DNA of 64,000 bases from Guillardia theta CCMP2712 (GCF_000315625.1 NW_005434661.1:768345-832344), one strand, 5' to 3'; counted from the first letter of the stretch, positions 11,756-23,322 are shown. The notes: generated by a model from the sequence alone, not told the origin. Numbers and translations are program-made.

Positions 11756-13120
11756 GGTGGGTAGTGTATAGAATTTGGTAGGGTAGTCTCAAATGGTTTG
11801 AGCCAGTATCCATTTCAGCAATGCGTTGAAAGAGTAGGGTGGGGGTAAAATGATGGTAATGGACGGGTACACTGAAAACTTGCTCGAAATCTTCAAAAGG
11901 TTCAAAGCGTTGGAAGCCATGGATAGGACAGATCCGAGGGTGCTTGAACGTTCCGATGGAGGTAGGGGTGGGGTACCCCTTGGCTAGCAAGGGATGGGAT
12001 GCATGAAAGGTTCACCAATAGCTAGGGGGTAGTATCAGGATTCGAGGTGGTAATGGGGGTCATAGTTCATGTGTGCACCGGTGAAATTCCTGGGTAATCA
12101 AGGGGTCCTTCGGGGTACTTCTGAACGTGACAGCACGGGTACTGAATAATGGTTACTGGTAGGGGTCGTCGGCGCACGACCATCTTGAGTACCCCTACCG
12201 ACTAATGTCCTGATTCTCGTAGGGTGGTACATCCGCTCCATGGTATTTGAATCTCTTTACTCGGACCCCTCATATGGACCTATCAAGTACCCCCTCTACA
12301 CAACTTTCAAACCAAAGTACACCCCCACCCCTGTTTCAAATCGACACCCAGCAGCAATTGGCAAATATTTCGAAAATACTCCAGAATTGTCACAAGTTTC
12401 ATCTACTTTTTCTTTTCAAATTTGAAATTTTGAGTTTAAGAAATCAACATGTGTTGAAGTAAGAAATATACCCCACCCTCTTTCACCGTCCCTCAAAAAT
12501 TATCGAAGGAAATGATAACCAATAAACAGCTTATATCAAGGGGATTGAACTGAAAACAAGCAACTTTTGGTTATTATAACAGGGTCCTTACTTTAGAATA
12601 CAGTAGGGTGGGGGTACATGCACGTGCAATGATTTGTGGGTGGGTGGGGTACTGACATTTCTGATTGTACCCTATGATTTGCAGGAAGCAAGTGGGGTAA
12701 TTTCGAGAAGGGTGGGTAGTGAGATCTTTCATCATGTCATGGATTGCACGGCCAGAAAGTGTCTTTGGGTGGGGTGGGTACCACCACCCCATCAAATCTC
12801 TCTTTGACACATGGGTGATCAGTAAAAGTAGTAAAGAGGTACAGATGGGTTTAAAAAGATATGGTATCTTATTTTTATTAAAGATAGTACTAATTATATA
12901 GTCTCGTACATGACAATAATATTTATATAGGTACGATAGTCAATTCACTCATATGAACACCTATGTGGTACCGTGTGGTAGCCTAGAACTACTGATGAAG
13001 GTGTACCAATTCTTCAAACAGTACTTATCTGCACCCGGCTGCTTTCCATTACGATCACAAACTTATCATGCCACACGCTAGCGGCAGCGGCGCCCGGCCG
13101 CCAAGTCAGCAGCATTGTCA
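11756..13120. promoter_or_regulatory. Divergent intergenic GGGGT/ACCCC-rich block plus a short GGCC block
   Basis: Dense GGGGT/ACCCC motifs at 11756-12850 and gcggcagcggcgcccggccgcc at ~13081-13102, between TENT5 (minus) and the 13452 ORF (plus). Confidence 0.5.
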
Positions 13121-13451
13121 TCAGGTAGGCCCTTCAAAAATATTCATTTCTCCCAAGAAGATTTGATTATCCAGGAGAAAATGTCATACAAAATTTACGA
13201 TCATTTCAATGCGCCTGGTCTGCCCTCATTCTCGGTTCCACGTGGACCTCAGCCCGTACGTATCTCCCGAGTGCAACCTGAACTGATCAACCCGGTACAG
13301 TTTTAAAAGTAGGTTTTATATTGTACCGAATATGGTTCTGCACAAATCAAAATGTGTTTTACAAGTTACAAACTTTAAAAGTGTGTTTTATTTCCCCCGC
13401 CCATAAATAGGTAGTCGCCCTGCCTCCACCCTCCCACGACACGACGCGACA

Positions 13452-14045
13452 ATGCAAGGAGCAGGGAGAGGAGCGTGCATGCGACTCATGTATGCAGGAC
13501 ACTCAGGACCGGAGGCAATGAGATTCATGGGTGGCTGCTGTGCCAAGGCAGGACCAGTTGGTGGGCCACTGTCTCTCCGAGGTGGATTTGGAACTGGCGC
13601 CATGTTCGGAAAAGGAGGATGGGGCAAAGGGAAGGAATGCAAGTATGGACGATGGGGAGAGTCCGGAAAGGCGATCGAATTCACTTCCTCGTACAAGAAT
13701 GCCGATGCGGGAGCTTTTTCCGGAGCTGGAACCGGAGATTCCCAAGAAGCTCAGTTCACACAGCAGGAGATGTGGAGGGGCAGAGGTCGCTGTAGGAAGG
13801 GGTACGGCATGGGCCAAGGAGGTTTTGGAACTGGACAATGCAAAAAAGGCGATTTTCCAAGGAGTTGCCGTAAGCAAGCCATGCATGGAAGCAGGCAGGG
13901 TGCCACCGCGGAAGTTGCTGCCTCGAACGAGGCCAACGACTCGTCTCCTTCAAATGTGCCTGGCAACTGTTGCAAAGGCAGACGAATGGGACGGAGGAAC
14001 TGCAGGCAGCCAGCGATGGCAAATGCTCCAGGAGATCATGTCTAG
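13452..14045 (+). CDS. Gly/Cys/Arg/Lys-rich hypothetical protein, 197 aa, with an LSLRGG motif
   Basis: Clean ATG-to-stop ORF after a promoter-like region, followed by an AT-rich UTR-like tract; no recognisable domain. Confidence 0.5.
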   Translation: MQGAGRGACMRLMYAGHSGPEAMRFMGGCCAKAGPVGGPLSLRGGFGTGAMFGKGGWGKGKECKYGRWGESGKAIEFTSSYKNADAGAFSGAGTGDSQEAQFTQQEMWRGRGRCRKGYGMGQGGFGTGQCKKGDFPRSCRKQAMHGSRQGATAEVAASNEANDSSPSNVPGNCCKGRRMGRRNCRQPAMANAPGDHV

Positions 14046-15215
14046 GAGCCTATGAAAATTAGCTCCTCACAGACTCTAATGGGCGAAAGGGGGCGAGGAG
14101 GAGAATGAGTAAGTTTGTTTCAAGAAATCAAATCTTTCGCGGTTTTGATGCGATTTCATGTTGTGCTTAATTCTTTCTTTCTCTGTGTGTGAAGTGTGTA
14201 TCAAGTGAGGATCGAGCCCATGTTTCGCTTAAAAAGAATTCTGAATACAGAAGTCATCAAAACTCCGTGCGTCCTTCATTTCCATGTTTGACAGCCTTGA
14301 GTTCGCCAATTTCACCTCCGATTTCGCTTTCCCCAGACTCTAAACGAAAAGTCAACATATTGTCTTTTTTGGTTTGTGTCAATCTTGCTGTTGAATCGTT
14401 TTCCCGTTGCTCAGTTGCTTATATGATCAACAGTTGCTGCCTAACATGCCAGTTCAAGGTCTCAGCTCCTGACGCCACCATTACGGGGGAACTGAGATCT
14501 TGGAGCATCAATGGTGCACAGCCCATGTGTAAAAGACTTTTACACAAGTTCTTCTCCTTGGGCAGATTTACCATCCCCAAACTTGTTATGCTTGAGAACT
14601 GTCCTCTCGTCCCCACAGCAGAAACAAGTCACCCTTCGAAGCTTCATGTCGGCGTACTGCAAGTGAAGGGACCCATGACTGGGCAATACAAACACTCACC
14701 CTTCCTGTCTGCCTGGCCTACCGACGGACGGACAGACTGCAGCAATCCTGCCTTCTGTAACTCTTCCCCACCCCCCCTCCCCCCTTTCCCTTCTTTTCCT
14801 CCCTCTCCTCTTTCGTGGAACTTCCTCTCATGCTCGTCTTGCCCTCTCTCTGGAGCATCCTTCGTTGCCAGACCATCTCTGACCAGCACAACCCCTTTCC
14901 CCCCCTCCCCCCTCCTCCCATCCCCTCCCTTTCCTGCCAGTTCCATGCGTGCCACCGATTCCATCTCCTGCTTCATCCGTTCAAACTTGCCACAAAGATC
15001 ATATAAATAGTTGTAGACAAGTCTTTTGTACCAGAAAAAGTGAGAATAAAACCTGGTTTATATCGTTGTACCAGGAAAATTGGATTTCGCTCAGTCTCTA
15101 GGCGACCCTTTCCTAGCCTACGGCAGGGCTTCCCGCGACCCATAGTTAGAAAATCTCAAGAATGCCTGACGGTGACAGTGTGACAAGTTGGTCCTTGAAG
15201 TCAAAGTAATGTTTG

Positions 15216-15276
15216 AGTTTTGGTCATGAAGAAAAAGTATGATACTTAGTTTTGGTCATGAAGGAAAAGTAATACT
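15216..15276. repeat. Two ~30-bp tandem copies (AGTTTTGGTCATGAAG...AAAAGTA..ATACT)
   Basis: Copies start at 15216 and 15248. Confidence 0.7.
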
Positions 15277-15499
15277 CTAAATTGTCAACGAAGTCAAAGC
15301 ATGAAAAGCTGCTAGGGAGGAGCAGGAGCAGGAGCAGGAGGGCATGCATGAAGCAATATGAGAGCGACGTAGATGTGCCAGAAAGTTGGACATGTGAGAG
15401 AAAAGGAGGATGTGCGTGTGTGGAGGAACAGTTTTGCTTCCGATCTTTGTGCACTACGAATGACTGAGTGTTTCTTGATTATAGATATACCTCAGCACT

Positions 15500-16754
15500 A
15501 TGAAGTTCGCATTGGCCCTGTCGCTGGTTTTAATGATCTCTCCTGTTACTTCTTTCCTCACCTACACCGAACCTCGTGAATCGATCTTTTCCAGTGTGCG
15601 AGAGAGGGCAGTGAGTGTCTTGAGCTCTCCTTGCAGAGGATCGGATCCGGTAACAGCATGGAAGCGAAAAGACCTCCAGGAAGTCGAACTTTACAGAGAG
15701 AAGAATTTGCTCTAGATACCCCCAAGTCGAGGTTTTATCTTAACCCCTTTCCCCTCAAGCCATACAACACTGAGAGGAAGACAAGACAATAGCGAAGAAG
15801 ATAGATGACAACATCTACACCTTCGAGCAGGAGCACGGCTTTGCCAACGTTTCTGTCAACTTCAGGATGACAGTGGTCAGGCTCAACGATGGAGGACTCT
15901 GAGTGCATGCCCCCGTAGCCCCGACTGAGGAATGTGTAGCCATGATGAAGAAGCTAGGAGAGTTGAAGTACGTTGTCCTCCCCACCACGGGCCTCGAGCA
16001 CAAGACTGAGATCTTCATGAAGCCCTTCATGAGCTACTTCCCCAACGCCAAGGCCTACGTCGGTAGTGGATCTGGCCAATCGACCTCTCCCGCATGCGGT
16101 AAGGTGTATTTGACGTATATGACCTCGGGTTCAAGGTGAGCTAGCGAGCCCCTAGCCCTCTTGTTCCTGACATTGGCCAGGTGGAGGGAGTGCTGCAAGA
16201 CATGGACCCCAACGTTCCCTGGTCGAAGGAGATCGAGCAGAAGGTGGTGTATGCCGAGGTTGGCATCGGGAAGACCAGTGAGGTCGCCTTCTTCCACAAG
16301 AAGTCGTCGACGCTCTTCGTCACTGACGCGGTCATCTTCATCCCTCCCGAGGCCCCGGAGGTCTTACAGGCCTACGGGGAGGAGGAGAACAAGTGGAAGG
16401 GGTCAGCTCTTCCTCGGTCTCCCCTAAGTTCCCTCATTCGACGTGATAGCAGGGAAGCTCTTCGTCAGCCCGGTTATGAGAACTTTCATCTATGAGCGGA
16501 CGCCGGACGAGACCAGGGACTGGATCCAGCGCATCTGCCAATGGAGGTTCAGGAGGATTATCCCGGCACATCTCAACGCTCCTGTCGCTGCTGGGCCCGC
16601 AGACTTCAAGGAGGCGTTCAAGTTCCTTGACGTACCCACGTCGAATCCCCTCCCGAGGGCGACATGGGCCCCCTTAACCCCATCAGCAAGCTCCTCACCC
16701 TCTCCTGCTCGTCCCGGCTCGAGCGGCAGATCGCCTGTGAGAGCTGGAGGATAG
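15500..16754 (+). pseudogene. DUF4336-family protein with a plastid-type signal peptide, disrupted
   Basis: MKFALALSLVLMISPVTS-F leader; IYTFEQ..RMTVVRL.DGGL*VHAPVAPT, LPTTGLEHK, EVAFFHKKSSTLFVTDA and W.FRRIIPAH. Lesions: TGA at 15900-15902 (conserved Trp), TAG at 16064-16066 and a 5-bp duplication frameshift at 15778-15787. Confidence 0.75.
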
Positions 16755-17607
16755 TGAACCATCTGAGTGATTAAACCAACATGTCGTGAAGAGATTCGCC
16801 TTCAGCATAGTCCAATAGGCTGAATAGCGTCGTTCACATTATTCCTTAAGGTGGTCACCAGTCCTGCTCACTCGTGGGGTTAACGCGCTGAATTTCACAC
16901 AATCAGTCCAGAAACCTTCAGGTGAGTTTCAGTGGACAAGTGTCGGTGCGATGTCAACGTCTTATGTGATAACGAATTCATGTCGAAGAATCATAGCAGG
17001 GTAAGAAAGGTTCATTGTTGAATATTCTTTGAGGCCAAAAGGGCCAACCTTTCTGAAGCTTTCTTCATATCACTGCCGGGACTCGCTCGACAAAAATCTC
17101 AACCTCTTAAGATTCGCCATTGAATCGATCAGGTTCTGCCTTCACCAGTAGCTCGTGGGCAAGAAAGAGAGAGTACAAGGGCACGCAACGCCCTGCCGCC
17201 TCCTATCGTTCTGCTCTCACGAATTTCATCTTCAAGGGGCATCGTAACCCTCTAGTGGTGGTCATGCTCATACTCAAAGGAAGCCCGATCAGAATCCAAA
17301 GAACTATCATGATTCCATGCATGGTAGACGACGAGAGGCAATCAGATGACTGCAGAAAGAGGGGAAGCACTCGTATAGTTGTACCTCCTAATGTAATCCA
17401 GCTTGACAGCTTGCTGGCCTTCAGGCTGCTGCCTTGGTGAAGGGAACATCCTTCCACGTCTTCGCTCATCAACCCTGCCAGTGAACCCTGACACGTTCTT
17501 TGTGCTGCTTCAGTGTTGTCTAACGAACCATATAGGACTTGGTTCCTCGAGAGATCTTGAAGTTGAAATGTTGAGCTTCAGTGGCAACCTAACAGTCATA
17601 GTCAGCA

Positions 17608-17799
17608 AGCCACGTCCCCGGAGCTTCCGGCGCCCAAGCTCCGGGCAAGACGTGGACGTCAACGCCCTCAGCATCCTCCGCACTACCCACGGCTTCATGG
17701 TCCGTCGGTGCATCCGACCTGCTGATGATACTGCTCCAGCCTCTGAGCTACCGAAGCCGTGGGTAGTGCGGAGGATGCTGAGGGCGTTGACGTCCACGT
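17608..17799. repeat. Partial duplication of the TENT5 CDS forming a perfect 47-bp inverted repeat
   Basis: 17608-17693 = 9472-9557 (86 nt identical); 17718-17753 = 9580-9615 (36 nt identical); arms 17650-17696 and 17753-17799 are exact reverse complements. Confidence 0.95.
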
Positions 17800-18149
17800 G
17801 TAAAAGACGATCTCAGGCCTCTTAGCGAGTACACGCGCACAGGTGTCAAACACACAAAGCGCTCTCTGAGCTTCTTGCACTCTTCACGGCAACCCGCAGG
17901 CATTCTGCTCTCCCCTTGCGATGAGCGCCTTCCAGGACCCCCGGGGTAGTCATGGTGCTGCTACTCAGATAGCCCTTACTTCAAAGCCTTGAGAGTCGCA
18001 ACGGTTCTGGACTTGTACGTCGGTTGCTATGAGCAGAGAAGGACTAAAACGGACGGAGATCATTATGTCCAGGTCGGCCAGCCGAGGACTACTGTTGAGA
18101 TCCTACTGAAACAACACCAGCATCGTCAGCAGCTGTTAAATCTTTGATA

Positions 18150-21100
18150 ACCTTCAAGCCTCCAAATTTCCTCAATCATGATCCTGATGGGTCTCAGGTT
18201 TCAAGCTTTGTTTTCCTCTTCTGCACCCCTCTCTGCCTCTGCCTCTGCCTCTGCCTTTGCCTCACTTGCAAGGTTCCTCGTCTTCTGCCTCTCTCTTGCT
18301 CCTTCCCGCTCCTTCTCCTTGTCTGCATACAACATCATGACAACTAGAAGCACAGCCAGCCAACCTCACCTGCCGCCCTGCCTCACATGACATTCTCCCG
18401 CATCGGCCTGGATCTCCTCCTCTTCTGCAGCATTTGCTGTAAAGCACATCAGTGGCTGATCTGCCTGCTCCTCTCCTATAACCTCATACTGCGGAATCTC
18501 CTTCAGAATGTACTCAAAGTCCCTGCTCAAGCTCACGATCAGACGATCGTGAGTCGGAGGACAAGGCAGAGCACCAGTGCTTTCCCCTGTGCCCCGAACG
18601 GAGAGCCTTCTCGTATCCCTTGTCTATGGGGCAAGAGCGACTGGCATTGAAGGCCTGGGCGACAAAAGCCATGGGAACAACCTCAACGGAAAGTGAGCAA
18701 GAAACAGAGATGCGGGAAGAGGAGGTAGGTAAGAAGAGAGAGATGCTGAAAGGAGCGGAGGATAGAAACGTTGTTTGAAAGGAATGCTATGTTGAGAAGA
18801 GAGAGGAAGGGGCATCGGAGGTCTACCAAGGTTGGCCGGGCGCTTCTTTTGCGTAGGAGGTACCAAGTTTCGTTGTTTACCCTATAGTGCATGTAGCTGA
18901 AGAAAAACGTCAGCAGAACCTCAGCACAGTCCTCGTCATCTCACCCGAACATATCGATGAAATTGACGCCCTCTGCCTTTACTGTACAATATTCACCACA
19001 TCCAGGGGAGCCATCCCCCTGCCCTGCTGTAGCTCCTGCATCTTGCTCCTGGCTCCCTTGCAGGGCATCTCCCTCCTTCTCCATCACGCGGTCCATCACT
19101 GCGTCCACGGGTGAGGAGAGGATCGCTGAGATCGCCCGCTGGTCATCCGTCCCACCCTCTTCCCTCCCTGTCGGGCAGACACTGCATGAGCCGGATGGCT
19201 GCTGGACTCCTGCTGCATGAGCAGTGGCCTCCAAAGAGAAAGGCTGGAGGCAGAGGGGAGTCAACAAGCACGAAGAAGAGTACACAAACAACGACGAGGA
19301 CAGGACTGACGTCAAACAAGTGAGATCGAGGAGGAGGGAGCGCAAAGGACATGAGATCAGCAGCACAGACCTCCGAGTTTTCTCTCTTGTGGTCTTTGCA
19401 ACCTTTCTTGGACGGGTAGAACCTGTCGAGAGAAACCTGGGACGACTCATGCGAGTTGAAGTGATAGTAAGTGATAAAGGATCCCCTGAGAAAAATAAGC
19501 GTCAAGAACAAGGGGAGTGATGAGTTCTTGACGCTCATTTTTCTGATGAGTTTCGTTATCAGAAAGGCGAAAGATAGGCGAGATATGTTGTAAAAGCATA
19601 ACAAGGATGTCAACATCTGAGCGCCATTACCGGATAGCATGAGCGGTTCTAGAGTGGCATAAGATCGGATACCATGCAACGGCAAACCTGCAAGAGAGTC
19701 AGTGGGTAGTGGAACATACATGCTTCCTCCTCTGACACGCATGCTTCCTCCTCTGACACGCATGCTTCCTCCTCTCACCATGAGCGTTCGAGCACAAGAT
19801 CGTCATTGCTGATTTCCATCAGGATGTGCGACAGCAGCTCCTCTTCCCTCTCGCCCTCCTGCACCGATAGGGTCAGCAACGAGTCAGCACCGTCGAGCTC
19901 GCAGACGGAGACGTCACCGTCTTCAAAGAAGGCAGCTCCAGAATCCCATCATACAAGGGAGGTCGTTCTCCAGGGCTTCTCTCCTCGTAGAACTACGGTC
20001 CCTTTGTCAACTCCCGTGTGAAACGCGCATGCTCCCTCGCTCACCTCGAAGACTGCTTCGCTTTGCATGTCGCCAGATGAGGCTGCAGAACGTGGCCGGT
20101 AAGCTTTCCAGTGTCTTCACCATCATCCATCAGCCTACCGCCGTCACCTCCATTCCTCGTCTGCCTTCCGTCTGGGCCTGCTCTCTTCTCCTGCTCGTCC
20201 CGCAACTCGCCTGGCAGACCTTCTGCCATTGAAAGTGAGTCTCGACATGCCGCCTGACCCCGCAGGCCTACTTTGAGCACGTCGGTCAGTGAGCTGCTGG
20301 CTGCTGTCCTGCTCCCCTTTGGAACTCTGCGTTGCGGGCCAGCTCACAGCAGAGGTATAAGAGTACTTGGGACAAGACGATCCTTGTCCTTGATTGCAAG
20401 GCCGCCCGCCAGAGTTTGAGCCGTCCCCTCCTGCCTCCATCCCAGCATCTTCGTACGGGTTGATACCTCCTTGTATCTGGGCAGACACTCGACTAGCCCA
20501 TGAGAGCGAAGCAGCTTCCTCCCTCCTCTGCTGAGCCTCCAGTGCCTGATGACCAACATCATGCGTGATCGCGGAACAGTTACACTCTCACCAGCTTAGC
20601 AGTTTTGATCTCCTCCTCTCGTCTTTGCTTGATCTCAGCGAGCTCGACACATAGGGGATAGCTCGGTGAGTCCTTCCGAACAAACAACTGCACAAAGGGG
20701 AAAAGAGTCAACTGGAGCAAAGGTGCTGGCGAGTTGAGAACAGAAGAGAAAGACGAGAGTAGAGCTGAACAAAGAAGATAGACAGCACCGACCTTGATCG
20801 CAGACAGGTGAGGCACGTAGAAAGCTGGCGTGATCTCTGCAGCAATATGGTGCGTCTTCCCATACAGCAATCATTCTCGCGCAGACGACGGACAAAAACC
20901 AACCTGAGTGGTGGAACTTTTCAGGAGGATGGGAACTTCAAACCCGTAAGGCTTGTCGAACCATTCCCACAGCTGCCTCAGACTAGCACAAGGACTCAAC
21001 AACAAGAATCCACAGGATTCCTCCTCGTTGCAGACCTGAAACTTCCCTTGGGCACCTTTGGGACAACTGCCTGAAAGAAGAAATAGATGTTCTCATCTGC

Positions 21101-23322
21101 AGCACCAGACTGTTTAGGATGCAATCGGCACAATCATGACAGCATAACACCTGATGTTGGTTTCCCGTCTTTGTTGATGTATTTCTGATTTGATTGAGCA
21201 TCACATCAACACAAAAAGATGAAACACCCCACCTTCCGCGATGCATTCAAACCAGAGGTTGTAGAGTCGACCGAGGTCGTGTGCGAGGTTTCAGAAACAT
21301 CGTCAGGCCTGATATCTCCCGACACCCTCACTCCCTGCGATCTCGTGTACTCTGCATTCTGGATCTGGATGAACTGGTTCAAAGACGTTGACCCGGTCGT
21401 CTTGGTAACAGCTTCCGTCTCGTCCTGCGACACATGCAAAACTTCACGAGAGACAGACAAGGAGCTGACAGTCTGCTGTGCAGTCTGCTGATACTGGAAT
21501 TGCGTTATTGGCACTGCAGTAGGCTGTGCGGGTGCAGGGAAAAAGTAGGCTCCCTGTGCTTGCCCGTCGGTGCCCTGCATCACCATGTAATATTCCGGCT
21601 GGGCACCTAACAGGGGACTTGTGTTGCTCTGGCTGTCGCCGTTGCCGTTCGCGGGGCCTATGTTGCTCTTGAATGTTTCTGTTATCAAGCTGAGTGGATA
21701 CCACTTCTGCAAACTCCAATCTCAATGCTGTATATAGCATCGACAGCAGCTCCTTTACCTCAGCCTGGACGCCCTGCGCCATCCAGGAATCGCCGGGTGA
21801 CACAGGAAGAGCCATTTGGGAGTGCAAGGGACTTTGCGCTGCTGTTCCGATGTTACCTCTTCCCTCGTGAGATCCACTCTTAGTGGAGGGAGCGCAGAGC
21901 TGGGAACCATCGGTAATAGTCATTCACGATAAGGAAGGTGTCTCGGACATCAAACCTCAGCGAAGCTCCCAGACGTTTGGAGGACCTGCAATGCTCTGGC
22001 AAACTCCTCAAGAATATCTTGTACGGTGTAGTCGTTGACGTATCTCCCCAAGTCAAGGTTGATGTCGAAAGGATCCTCTATGCAAAATATATGCCTGTGA
22101 CCCGTGAGCAAGTTGAAATGTTTTGGATGAAGGGCTCTTACCTGTTTCTGAAGTCTTCCGAGGTATCCCATCCCTTCGCCTTCTTCCTGAGAAGCCTTCC
22201 ACTTCGTATACTCACAACTCCCTTATCAATCGGAAAGACTGGAAACATGCTTTAGTCGGCGTTGCTGCATCCATTCCGGTGTACCATTGGAGTAGAAGTG
22301 GAAGAACCCAACGAGAAGAAGCCCCAGCGATGAACGATTGTTCCTTTCACCGAAACCTGGAGAACTTTCATCGAAGAAACGAGCCTTGCACTGTTACTCG
22401 CTAATGTCTCAACGTTTCTGTAGAAGTAGCAGTCGTACACATCTCCGTCACAGGAAACAGCAAACGATGGATCGTTGTTCAGCGTGGCCTGTACGCGCCG
22501 CAGACTTTGCAAGCACGGCAGCACTCTTTCATACTGCAGGTATTGGATTACCATCAACGTATACGTGTAAGAACTCAGATAGCCTCTGAAGGTTTTGTGA
22601 ATTCGACGTTGCTTCACCCAGTGCTTGATGCACATGATCAGCGGCCTGACCCTCTTGTCCAGCATGGTGTATGTGAACAGCAAGTCGGTATTGATACAGG
22701 CAAGGACATTGTTGACACTCAGATCGCAGTCAAAGACAAAATCAAGACCGTCTTGCGCCTTGAACTTGATGATAGGAACTCGGGCATAGGGCAGAGCCTC
22801 AACATTCAACATTCCTTCCCTTTCCAGCAGCCTAGCAAGACCAATGAGAAAAGATATAAATTTTTCTTTCTGTGAGTTTGCCGTCATCATGCAATTGTCC
22901 GCGAACCAGCAGGATTCAAGCTGTGTGTTCATAAACACTCCTTGACTCTTTTGAATCTCATCTTCAGGAACAACAACACACAAGTCTACATCTGAGCCCT
23001 TGGAGCAAAGGTTGCTCCCAAATGAACCAAACATCTGTACTCTCGAATTTGGATAAGTCCTTGCAATGGTCGTGTTCAATGTTGTACAGACGCTAATCTT
23101 ACGATCGATTTCTTCTCTAGGAGGACAGATCTCCGCCACAAAACTCATGCAATCATTAGAAAGGAGATCCATATGTTCGGCTTTCACCTTGGGGTTCACA
23201 ATGCTCGTACACAAAGTTGGCGGTTGTGTGTCGAGACTGGTCGTGAGGTGCTCATCGCTGACCCCTGCAGCACCCCTGTAATAGGCTCCCTTGATCTCGG
23301 CAACATACAGCGATGGCAGCAT
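18150..23322 (-). CDS. Cid1/TUT/URT1-type terminal uridylyltransferase with a PAP-associated domain, apparently spliced in frame to a C-terminal DUF789 domain (3' end approximate)
   Basis: MFGSFGSNLCSKGSDVDLC, ARVPIIKF, CDLSVNN, IKHWVK..LSSYTYTLMVIQYLQ, SLGLLLVGFFHFY and IEDPF. Then the DUF789-like NIYFFFQAVVPKVP, SLRQLWEWFDKPYGFEVP, FYVPHLSAI, FYEERSPGERPPLYDGI, SW and SFITYYH. Confidence 0.8.
19718..19778. repeat. 21-bp tandem repeat (CATGCTTCCTCCTCTGACACG, ~3 units), intronic
   Basis: Read directly. Confidence 0.85.

Noticed and set aside
17694-17719. On the minus strand the replaced block reads GT...AG (26 nt), like a mini-intron
   Set aside because: It is shorter than the ~40-55-nt introns seen here, and removing it would delete 8 codons relative to TENT5; probably chance.
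9472-17799. TENT5 segment and its copy as a diversity-generating retroelement VR/TR pair or a retron
   Set aside because: No reverse transcriptase in the window, and the differences form one replaced block rather than adenine-specific substitutions.
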